The position numbers were made by a program, and so were the translations under genes. A stretch of 38,924 nt of DNA from a virus (lineage: Duplodnaviria > Caudoviricetes): IMG/VR virus record IMGVR_UViG_3300003972_000015, positions 1-38,924 of that record; one strand, written 5' to 3'. Numbering within the stretch: position 1 is the first letter of the stretch; every line of letters begins with the position of its first letter. A model generated the notes under the pieces. The model worked only from the letters and a program-made list of their open reading frames with translations. It was not told where the DNA came from and did no database searches. Positions 9,558-17,118 of this stretch are shown piece after piece.

Positions 9558-10163
9558 ATGTCCGAGTACGATAACGAATTCGCGAACGGCGCCAATGGCC
9601 GCTTCGACGAGGTCGAAAAGCGCTACCGCAAGGGCGGCAATCCGCGCCGTCCCCACCCCGACAAGGCCGCCGAGATCAGGGCGGCCATGCGAGTGGTCGG
9701 GGACTTCTACCGGGGCGTGGGCATCGACCCGAGCCTGTTCGACGAGGCGGGCGGCCTGTGGGAGGACATTCCGACCCTGCACCTGCTGCGCGAGTTCAAG
9801 GCCGCCAAGGATCTTAAGGAGGCGTGCGATCTGCTGGCCAAGGAGGCCGGCCGCGTGTACGACTACCTGCGACTCGCCGCGGTGCCGAACCGCTTCGAGG
9901 AGGAAGGCATCTCCAACATGAAGGTTGAGGGTGTGGGCCGCGTGCAGCTGGCCGGCGACCTGTACGCCGGCATCGTTCGCGGCCGCGAGGAAGAGGCTTT
10001 CGAGTGGTTGGATGACAACGGCCGCGGCGACCTCGTGAAGAAGACCGTGAACAGCTCCAGCATCAAGGCGGTGTTGAAGAAGATGCTCGCGGACGGCGAG
10101 GAGCTGCCCGAGGGCCTGTTCAAGGTCGAGCCGTTCACCCGCGCCAGTATCGTCAAGGCGTAA
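9558..10163 (+). CDS. Conserved phage replication-region protein
   Basis: 201 aa. The AFEWLDDNGRGDLVKKTV pattern is typical of genes preceding SSB-like genes in this kind of module. Confidence 0.7.
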   Translation: MSEYDNEFANGANGRFDEVEKRYRKGGNPRRPHPDKAAEIRAAMRVVGDFYRGVGIDPSLFDEAGGLWEDIPTLHLLREFKAAKDLKEACDLLAKEAGRVYDYLRLAAVPNRFEEEGISNMKVEGVGRVQLAGDLYAGIVRGREEEAFEWLDDNGRGDLVKKTVNSSSIKAVLKKMLADGEELPEGLFKVEPFTRASIVKA

Positions 10164-10169
10164 CAGTTC

Positions 10170-10310
10170 CATAGAGTGCGAGGGGACAGCAAAAAACATT
10201 CCGGACCACCCGCCGTGAGGCTGGCATCGTGGAAACCCCCTGACCAGTGGAGCTCCCGGGATTGCGCACTCTTCCATTGTTTGACCGGCTCCGCAGCGGT
10301 TCTGCGGTAG
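10170..10310 (+). ncRNA. Candidate structured leader RNA (possible pseudoknot)
   Basis: Nested stems AGAGTGCG/CGCACTCT, ATTCCGG/CCGGGAT and CCAC/GTGG; a GUGA-loop hairpin; crossing AGGGG/CCCCT pairing. Confidence 0.45.
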
Positions 10311-10342
10311 AACCCACCAACCAGCGAAAAGTGAGAATCGAA

Positions 10343-11107
10343 ATGGCCAAGAAGAACGAGATTGCGACCACCGAGCATAGCACCCTCCTCGTCGTGCAGG
10401 ACAGCATGCCGGACTTCCTTCGCGACAAGCAGGGCAGCGCGCGCGGTCAGGAGAACGTGGGTGCCGAGGACCTCGTCATTCCGCGCCTCGAGGTGATCCA
10501 GGACCTGAGCCCGTGCCGCAAGCGCAACGACCCTAACTACATCGAGGGCGCCGAGGAGGGCATGCTGTACAACAACGTGACTCGCGAGCTGTACGGCAAG
10601 GAAGTCCTCGTCGTCCCGGTCGGGTTCGTCAAGGAATGGTTGATCTGGAAGGACCGCGAGAAGGGCGGCGGCTTCCGGGGCGCGTTCCCGAGCAAGGCCG
10701 AGGCCGAACGCGCGCTGTCGGCGCTGGAGGACGGTGACGACTGCGAGATTGTCGATACCAACCAGCAGTTCTGCCTGCTGCTGAAGGCCGACGGCACCGT
10801 CGAGGAGATCGTCGTGTCCATGGCCAAGTCCAAGGCTAAGGTCTCGCGCAAGTGGAACAGTCTGATCCGGCTGGCCAACGGCGACAGCTTCTCGCGCGTC
10901 TATCGCCTGAGCGCGGTCGAAGACAAGAACAACAAGAACCAGTCGTTCTACAACTTTGCGGTGGCTGTCGCTGGCTACCCGAGCGAGGCGGTTTACCGCC
11001 GCGCTGAGAAGATGTACGAGGCCCTTGTACAGGGCCGTATTGTCGCCGACCGTGGCGTCGACACCTCCGGCGACGAGGGCGCCCAGCGCGACTCCAGCGA
11101 GTACTGA
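10343..11107 (+). CDS. Putative single-stranded DNA-binding protein
   Basis: DLVIPRLEVIQDLSP, beta-rich core, acidic tail ending in an aromatic residue (DEGAQRDSSEY); lies between the two helicases. Confidence 0.6.
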   Translation: MAKKNEIATTEHSTLLVVQDSMPDFLRDKQGSARGQENVGAEDLVIPRLEVIQDLSPCRKRNDPNYIEGAEEGMLYNNVTRELYGKEVLVVPVGFVKEWLIWKDREKGGGFRGAFPSKAEAERALSALEDGDDCEIVDTNQQFCLLLKADGTVEEIVVSMAKSKAKVSRKWNSLIRLANGDSFSRVYRLSAVEDKNNKNQSFYNFAVAVAGYPSEAVYRRAEKMYEALVQGRIVADRGVDTSGDEGAQRDSSEY

Positions 11108-11129
11108 TCGGGCGGGGCCCAAGTAGTGT

Positions 11130-11163
11130 GGCCCGGGGTGTGTTAGTGCGCCCCGGGCCTTTC
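11130..11163 (+). terminator. GC-rich hairpin, weak terminator candidate
   Basis: GGCCCGGGGTG/CGCCCCGGGCC stem followed by only TTT. Confidence 0.4.
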
Positions 11164-11184
11164 CATAGAGTATAGAGGACCGGC

Positions 11185-12621
11185 ATGAAGGCGTTCGCAA
11201 TTTTTGGCCCCCCCGGCACCGGCAAGACCACGGAGATGCTCCGCTTGGTGGGCGAGGCCCGGGACCGCGGCTACGGCCCTGACGAGATCGGGTTCTTTTC
11301 GTTCACCAAGGCGGCCGCGGGCGAGGCCCTGAAGCGGCTCGGCCTGACCCGATCCGACAAGGTGTCCACGCTGCACTCCCTGTGCTTCCGGTTGGTCGGC
11401 GCCAGCCCTCCGCAGATGGTTGACGGCTACAAGCTGCGCAAGTTCGGGGCGAAGGCTGGTATCCCCTTCGCAGGCGTCGCGTCTGATGAGTATGGGGAGC
11501 AGATGGAGGACGGCGACAAGTATCTGGCGCTGTACAACCTCGCACGCTCCCGACTGACTTCCCCCCGGGACGAGTACTACGCGGCCGACGACCGCCCAGG
11601 CGACTTCGCCCAGTTCAAGTACTGCATCGAGTCGTATAACAGCTGGAAGGAGGCGTACGGATACCTAGACTTCACCGACCTGCTCGAACAGTACGTGGCC
11701 CAACCCCGCAACCACGGCGCGAGGGTCTTGTTTATCGATGAGGCTCAGGACCTGTCGCCCCTGCAATGGCGGGTGATCGACCGGATGCTGGGGTTTCCGC
11801 AGGTGGACGAGGTGACGATCGCCGGGGACGACGATCAGGCGATCTACGAGTGGGCGGGTGCCGACCCCCACGGCATGGCCTCGTTCGCCTCCCGTTACGC
11901 CGGGGAGGCCCGCGTGCTGGCCCAGTCATACCGGGTGCCCCGGGAAGTCCACGAGGTCGCCCGGGGCATCGTCGTGCGCATCCGGGAGCGCGTACAGAAG
12001 CGGTACCGGCCGGCGCCCCGGGAGGGCAAGGTGGTGCAGTACGGGGCGTTTATGCCCGAGACTATCGAGCACGGGGACGACGTCCTGATCCTGTGCCGGT
12101 CCCACGCCATCCGGAAGGAGGTGGAGGGGCACCTGATCGCTGCCCGCAAGCCGTACCGCAACGAGGGCGGCCGCCCGGGCCTGTTTGAGTCCCAGTGGGC
12201 CGATGCGATCCGGGCCCTACATAAGCTGGCCCGGGGCGAGGGGGTCACAGCGCGCGAGCTGGAGGTAATGGCCAAGGTGGGCACTCGCGACACCAAGGAG
12301 GACTTGAACCGCCGTGACTTCCGTGCCATTGTGTCCAGGGGGCCCGAACGTGCTTTCAACATCCCGCTGGAGCACGTGGAGTTCTTCCGGGAGGCGGATC
12401 TGTCCCTGTCCCCCACCATTCGCCTATCCACCATCCACTCGGCCAAGGGCCGCGAGGCCCGGCGCGTCGTGCTACACTGTGGCATCACCACCCGGACTCA
12501 CGCCGCGATGGACACGAACCCAGATCAGGAGCACCGGGTGTGGTACGTGGGTGTCACCCGCGCCATCGAGCAGCTGGACGTGGTAGGCGGCTATGACATG
12601 GACTACGAGGTGATTCGGTGA
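11185..12621 (+). CDS. UvrD/Rep-like SF1 DNA helicase
   Basis: GPPGTGKTT, STLHS, DEAQD, GDDDQAIY, QSYR, TIHSAKGRE and YVGVTRA motifs. Confidence 0.92.
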   Translation: MKAFAIFGPPGTGKTTEMLRLVGEARDRGYGPDEIGFFSFTKAAAGEALKRLGLTRSDKVSTLHSLCFRLVGASPPQMVDGYKLRKFGAKAGIPFAGVASDEYGEQMEDGDKYLALYNLARSRLTSPRDEYYAADDRPGDFAQFKYCIESYNSWKEAYGYLDFTDLLEQYVAQPRNHGARVLFIDEAQDLSPLQWRVIDRMLGFPQVDEVTIAGDDDQAIYEWAGADPHGMASFASRYAGEARVLAQSYRVPREVHEVARGIVVRIRERVQKRYRPAPREGKVVQYGAFMPETIEHGDDVLILCRSHAIRKEVEGHLIAARKPYRNEGGRPGLFESQWADAIRALHKLARGEGVTARELEVMAKVGTRDTKEDLNRRDFRAIVSRGPERAFNIPLEHVEFFREADLSLSPTIRLSTIHSAKGREARRVVLHCGITTRTHAAMDTNPDQEHRVWYVGVTRAIEQLDVVGGYDMDYEVIR

Positions 12622-14462
12622 GGTATCCATCCCTTGCAAGCTACCCGCTGGTGGTCCTCGACGTCGAGACCACCGGCCTGAAGTGGTGGTCAGACAAGAT
12701 ATTTGGCATCGCCCTGAGCGTGGCCGACCGGGACATGTATTTCGACGTTCGCCGGGAGCCCGAGGCGCTGGAATGGCTGCGCGAGGAGATTCCGCGGGTC
12801 CGGCATCTGAGCAACCATAACGTCAAGTTCGACTGGCACTTCTGCCGCGAGGCCGGAATCCACTTCCCGGAAGACCGCACCACCTGCACCATGATCCGGG
12901 CGGCGCTTATCGATGAGCACCGCCTGACCTACGACCTGGACTCGTTGGGCAAAGACTACCTCGGCATGCGCAAGGACGGGGACATCTACGCGGAGCTGGC
13001 CGAGATGTTCGGCGGCCGTCCGACCCGCAACGCCCAGATTGGCAACCTGCACCGGGCCCCGCCGGAGATAGCCGGCCGCTACGCCAAGCAGGACACCCGG
13101 CTGGCGTACGCGCTGTGGCAGTGGCAGGAGGAGCAGATCGAGAAACAGGGCCTGCGGCAGGTCCATGAGCTGGAGCGCGAGTTGCTTCCGGTGGTAGTGC
13201 GCATGGAGCACGGCGGGGTCCGGGTAGACGTGGAGCGCGCCGAGCGCGCCGTGTTCGACATTGACCGCCGGGTCCAGGCCATGCAGCGCGAACTAGACAA
13301 GCTCGCGGGCTTCCCTGTGAACCCCAACCCGTCCGGGAGCATCCACCGCCTGTTCAAGCCGCGGCGCGTGCCCAGCGCGGATGGCGGCGAGCATTGGGAG
13401 GCGGTGGATGGCACCGTCCTCCCCACCACCGAATCCGGGGCTCCGTCGTTGGGCGCCGACGCCCTGCGCAGGATGAAGCACCCGGCCGCCCCGATGATCC
13501 TGAGCCTGCGCAAGATGATGAAGGCCCGGGACACGTTCCTGAAGGGGCATGTGTTGGGCAACCACCACCAGGGGGTGATCCACGCCAACATCAACCAGAC
13601 CAAGACCGAGGGCGACGCGGGCACCGGCACCGGGCGCTTGTCGATCAACTCCCCAGCGCTGCAGCAGATCCCAGCCCGCGACAAGGACGTGGCGGCCATC
13701 GTGCGCGCGGTGTTCATCCCTGACCCTGGGTGTGACTGGGTCTGCAATGACTGGGCCCAGATGGACTTCCGGGTGTTCGCCCATTACGTGAACGATCGGA
13801 ACATCCTTGAAATGTACGCCCGGGACCCCGACACCGACTTCCACAGCCTGACCGCCAGCATGACGGGATTGCCCCGATCCCCCCGATTTGCGGGCGACCC
13901 CAACGCCAAACAGATCAACCTCGGGCTGGTGTTCGGAATGGGCAAAGGCCGGCTGGCGGAGGAGATGGGCCTGCCCTACACCATCGAGCCCAACGGGAGT
14001 GGCGGCACGTGGTTGAAGCCCGGGCCGGAGGCCGAGGAAGTGTTCGCCAAGTACCACAGCGCTATCCCAGGCGTGCAGGACCTGCTGCGGGACGCCAGCT
14101 CAGTGGCCAAGCGCCGCGGCTACGTGAGGACCATCATCGGCCGACACATCAGGTTCCCGCGTGGGCAGTCCACCCACAAGGCCGGCGGCCTGATCTTCCA
14201 AGGCACCGCGGCCGACTGCCTGAAAGTAAAGCTGATCGAGCTGGACCGGCTGCTGTACAAGGAGTTTGCCGGGTCTGGGGCCAGGCTGTTGTTGAACGTG
14301 CACGACGAGTTTGACACCAGCGTGCCGCCGGATCGGGCCGACATCCGCGAGGCCATTAACCGGGTCGTGACTGCCTTTGGCCCGGGTGACCGTATCCACT
14401 TGCGCGTGCCGGTGCGCACGGATCAGGGCAGGGGACCTGATTGGTGGGAGGCGTCGAAGTAA
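12618..14462 (+). CDS. dpoZ: Family A DNA polymerase, probable DpoZ
   Basis: 3'-5' exonuclease motifs DVETTG, HNVKFD, YAKQD; TGRLS, LQQIP; motif A DWAQMDFR; motif B GDPNAKQINLGLVFG; motif C VHDE. No 5' nuclease domain. The DpoZ call rests on linkage to purZ. Confidence 0.85.
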   Translation: MRYPSLASYPLVVLDVETTGLKWWSDKIFGIALSVADRDMYFDVRREPEALEWLREEIPRVRHLSNHNVKFDWHFCREAGIHFPEDRTTCTMIRAALIDEHRLTYDLDSLGKDYLGMRKDGDIYAELAEMFGGRPTRNAQIGNLHRAPPEIAGRYAKQDTRLAYALWQWQEEQIEKQGLRQVHELERELLPVVVRMEHGGVRVDVERAERAVFDIDRRVQAMQRELDKLAGFPVNPNPSGSIHRLFKPRRVPSADGGEHWEAVDGTVLPTTESGAPSLGADALRRMKHPAAPMILSLRKMMKARDTFLKGHVLGNHHQGVIHANINQTKTEGDAGTGTGRLSINSPALQQIPARDKDVAAIVRAVFIPDPGCDWVCNDWAQMDFRVFAHYVNDRNILEMYARDPDTDFHSLTASMTGLPRSPRFAGDPNAKQINLGLVFGMGKGRLAEEMGLPYTIEPNGSGGTWLKPGPEAEEVFAKYHSAIPGVQDLLRDASSVAKRRGYVRTIIGRHIRFPRGQSTHKAGGLIFQGTAADCLKVKLIELDRLLYKEFAGSGARLLLNVHDEFDTSVPPDRADIREAINRVVTAFGPGDRIHLRVPVRTDQGRGPDWWEASK

Positions 14463-14505
14463 GCCGACGAACGGTATTGACAAAGGCCGGGCAGGCTGAT
14501 ATACT
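14463..14505 (+). promoter_or_regulatory. Boxed early promoter, copy 2
   Basis: GCCGACGAACGGTA, then TTGACA-17-TATACT with extended TG. Confidence 0.8.
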
Positions 14506-14544
14506 TTGTCTAGGGTGTATGAGAGCGTGTACGGCGACGCGTGA

Positions 14545-14581
14545 TTGACCCCCAGCCCGGCCGGTGGTACACTGGCCGGGC
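14545..14581 (+). promoter_or_regulatory. Promoter with -10 inside an inverted repeat
   Basis: TTGACC-17-TACACT; arms GCCCGGCCGGTG and CACTGGCCGGGC. Confidence 0.6.
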
Positions 14582-14610
14582 GTCATCCACATAGAGAATA
14601 GAGGTGAGCA

Positions 14611-14802
14611 GTGGAAACAATGATCGAATGCGTCGTCGAAGCGGCGCTGCAAAAGAACAAGGAAGACGGGGCCTCGTGGCAGCGGGCCATGTCGCTGTGC
14701 GAGGACGCCCAGACGGTGGTAGGGGTTCGGCTGTCCCCCGAGGAAGTCAGCGAGGCCGTTGGCCTGATTTACAGTGGCCTCGATCATGAACAAGACCAGT
14801 AA
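14611..14802 (+). CDS. Small hypothetical protein
   Basis: GTG start after ATAGAGAATAGAGGTG; 63 aa, acidic and helical. Confidence 0.6.
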   Translation: METMIECVVEAALQKNKEDGASWQRAMSLCEDAQTVVGVRLSPEEVSEAVGLIYSGLDHEQDQ

Positions 14803-14965
14803 GCTCGTATTCTTGCTCATCGGCATCGCCATCGGTCTGGCCCTGTGCGCTACCGGCACCGGCCCGGACGAGCTGGAGGTCGAGCTGCGCCAATATTGCG
14901 AAATGGTCGCGCTCAACCGCGCCGATCAGGGCGTGGGGCCCGATTGGTGGGAGGCGTCGAAGTAA
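14786..14965 (+). CDS. Small membrane protein, chimeric paralog ending in the polymerase C-terminus
   Basis: MNKTSKLVFLLIGIAIGLAL...YCEMVALNR is paralogous to 15301-15504 but ends DQGVGPDWWEASK. Confidence 0.6.
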   Translation: MNKTSKLVFLLIGIAIGLALCATGTGPDELEVELRQYCEMVALNRADQGVGPDWWEASK

Positions 14966-15038
14966 GCCGACGAACGGTAATTGCGGCCTTTGTAGGGGCA
15001 TGATATAATTTGTCTATGGTCGGGGCTCCCCCGGCCCC
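14966..15038 (+). promoter_or_regulatory. Boxed early promoter, copy 3, with leader hairpin
   Basis: Box, then TTGCGG-17-TATAAT, then a GGTCGGGG..CCCCGGCC hairpin. Confidence 0.8.
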
Positions 15039-15054
15039 AATAGAGGATAGAGAG

Positions 15055-15243
15055 ATGGCCACCCTGACCCTGACCCGTTCCCAGTACGACTTCCTTATCA
15101 ATACGAATCAGCCGCTCCTGCAGCGCGCGGTGGACGAGGCCACGGGCCGCCGCTGGTCGCTGGCTGGGGTGGAGTATGAGGGCCTTGATTGGGGCCTCAT
15201 CGAGCAGATCGAGGAGGCTGTCAGTGAAGTGGGATCGGATTGA
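15055..15243 (+). CDS. Small acidic hypothetical protein
   Basis: ATG follows ATAGAGGATAGAGAG; 62 aa. Confidence 0.7.
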   Translation: MATLTLTRSQYDFLINTNQPLLQRAVDEATGRRWSLAGVEYEGLDWGLIEQIEEAVSEVGSD

Positions 15244-15277
15244 CCTCAACGCCCGGCCGGTGATACACTGGCCGGGC
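15240..15277 (+). promoter_or_regulatory. Promoter with -10 inside an inverted repeat (upstream of the purZ operon)
   Basis: TTGACC-18-TACACT; same arms as the 14545 copy. Confidence 0.55.
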
Positions 15278-15300
15278 ACCACCTGCCATAGAGAATAGAG

Positions 15301-15504
15301 ATGAACAAACGATCCAAACTCGGATTCTTTCTCCTCGGCGTAGCCCTCGCGCTGGCAATCGCCGCGATCGGGGAGGACCCGGACGGCGCGCAAGCCGAAT
15401 TGCTCCAGTACTGCAAGATGGTGGCCCTGAACCGGCAGGACCCGGACCTCGGATGGCCCGACTTTCACGGCACCTACAACAGCGAGTGCACGACCAATGA
15501 GTAA
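15301..15504 (+). CDS. Small membrane/secreted protein
   Basis: N-terminal hydrophobic segment and two Cys; overlaps the purZ start. Confidence 0.7.
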   Translation: MNKRSKLGFFLLGVALALAIAAIGEDPDGAQAELLQYCKMVALNRQDPDLGWPDFHGTYNSECTTNE

Positions 15505-16567
15505 CTTCCAAAGCGGCAACCTGATTATCGACCTGCAGTTTGGGTCCACTGGCAAGGGCCTTATCGCTGGCTACCTGGCCGATCGAGACGCGCCCGACAC
15601 CCTCATCACCGCGTGGGCCGCGAACGCTGGGCACACCTACATCGACCGGGATGGTCGCAAGTTCGTCCACACCATGCTGGCGAATGGCATCGTGTCCCGG
15701 TCCCTGCGCCGCGTGCTGATCGGGCCGGGTTCGGTAATCGACCCGGTGAACCTGCGCCGCGAGATGGACGAGGCAGGCACCCTGATGGACGGCGTCGATG
15801 TCCTCATCCACCCCAGCGCCGCCATCATCGAGCAGCGCCACCGTGACGAGGAGGCCGGCCCGATGACCAAGATCGGGTCCACGAAGAAGGGGTGTGGCGC
15901 GGCCGCGATCCATCGCATCAGACGCGACCCGGACGACATGAACACCGCGTGGTGTGGCGGTCAGCCCCACCCGCTGCTCATCGAGCAGGGACTCGGCGGC
16001 AAGGTCGCCACCCGCGAGCAATACCTCAACGCGGTTCTCGACGCGCGCCGAATCCAGATCGAGGGCGCGCAGGGCTACAGCCTGTCGATGTACCACGGCT
16101 TTTACCCCTACACCACCTTCCGGGACGTAACCGTACACCAGGTGCTGGCAGACTGTGGGGTGCCGCTGGGGACCGGGCGCAAGCTCGTCGTGGTTGGCAC
16201 CGCGCGGACCTACCCGATTCGGGTGGCCAACCGCTTCGACGAGCAGGGCAAGCAGGTGGGGTGGTCGGGCCCGTGCTACCCGGACCAGCGGGAAATCTCC
16301 TTCGAAGAGATCGGTCAGGAGGTGGAGCTGACCACCGTCACCAAGCTTCCTCGCAGGATCTTCACCCTGTCCCATCTTCAGCTGGCTGAGGCGGTGCGGA
16401 TGAACGGCGTGGACGAGCTGTTTCTCAACTTCGTGAATTATGTGCCGAGTCCGGAGCGCCGCGAGTTCATCGCCAGAGTTCGTCAGACCCTGTCCGAGGC
16501 CGGTTCGGCTCGGCTGGCGTATCTGGGTTACGGCCCGACGCATCGCGACGTCATGGAGTGCGCGTGA
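15497..16567 (+). CDS. purZ: PurZ, N6-succino-2-amino-dAMP synthetase (adenylosuccinate synthetase paralog)
   Basis: DLQFGSTGKG has Ser where PurA has the catalytic Asp (GDEGKG). Also NAGHT, IGSTKKG, EGAQG..YPY, RTYPIRV, TTVTKLPRR, and FLNFVNY in place of the GTP-specifying TKLD. Confidence 0.93.
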   Translation: MSNFQSGNLIIDLQFGSTGKGLIAGYLADRDAPDTLITAWAANAGHTYIDRDGRKFVHTMLANGIVSRSLRRVLIGPGSVIDPVNLRREMDEAGTLMDGVDVLIHPSAAIIEQRHRDEEAGPMTKIGSTKKGCGAAAIHRIRRDPDDMNTAWCGGQPHPLLIEQGLGGKVATREQYLNAVLDARRIQIEGAQGYSLSMYHGFYPYTTFRDVTVHQVLADCGVPLGTGRKLVVVGTARTYPIRVANRFDEQGKQVGWSGPCYPDQREISFEEIGQEVELTTVTKLPRRIFTLSHLQLAEAVRMNGVDELFLNFVNYVPSPERREFIARVRQTLSEAGSARLAYLGYGPTHRDVMECA

Positions 16568-17118
16568 TGAGCGACGAATTTCGCAAGCAGGTGGAGGCCG
16601 CCCCCGGCACCGTGGGTGCGCTGCAGGCGCGGGTGTTCGAGTTTGCCGAGAAGACCTTCGGAAAGGGCCGCGAGGACGCCGCGTGGAAGAAACTGTTCGA
16701 GGAGCTGGGCGAGGTACTGAAGAGGCCCCGGGACCCGTCCGAATGGGGCGACGTGTTCATCCTGCTGCTGGATCTGGCCACCATATACGACATCAGCGTT
16801 GAAACGGCCACCCTGTCCAAGCTGGAGGCCATCCGCACCCGGGTATGGCAGCGCACCGAGACCGGGACCTTTCAACACATTCCGGGCCGCGTGGCCGAGC
16901 AGCAGTTCGAAGAGGTCCCCGCCGTCTTCATGGGAGGGGGCCCCCACGAGGACTTTTCGGCCATACGGGTGCCGGTTGGGGAGGCACCCCCGTCGGCGTT
17001 CTGCCCGCCCGGCTGGCAAGGCCCAGGGGGGTACGAGCTGCTGCGCGTGGACCGCGGGCCCGACCGCCGCAGCCACTGCGTGTACACCTGGCGGCCCGAC
17101 ATGGGGGTACCGTTCTGA
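16567..17118 (+). CDS. mazZ: MazZ / DUF550-type dNTP pyrophosphohydrolase
   Basis: TFG...KKLFEELGE....P.DPSEWGDVFILLLD...K....R.W is the DUF550/MazG-like pattern; TGATG coupling to purZ. Confidence 0.8.
   Translation: MSDEFRKQVEAAPGTVGALQARVFEFAEKTFGKGREDAAWKKLFEELGEVLKRPRDPSEWGDVFILLLDLATIYDISVETATLSKLEAIRTRVWQRTETGTFQHIPGRVAEQQFEEVPAVFMGGGPHEDFSAIRVPVGEAPPSAFCPPGWQGPGGYELLRVDRGPDRRSHCVYTWRPDMGVPF

Noticed and set aside
10164-10342. tRNA gene in the intergenic gaps (also 31736-31951)
   Set aside because: No T-loop GTTCRA consensus in a cloverleaf context and no acceptor stem could be drawn.
14421-14979. Prophage att site, intron or IS target duplication at the polymerase 3' end
   Set aside because: No integrase, transposase or homing nuclease lies between the repeats; the paralogous content fits a tandem duplication better.
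15497-16567. Ordinary adenylosuccinate synthetase (purA) auxiliary gene, or GTP-using PurZ0
   Set aside because: It lacks the catalytic Asp (GSTGKG), has NFVN rather than a TxxD guanine-recognition motif, and sits with mazZ and datZ.
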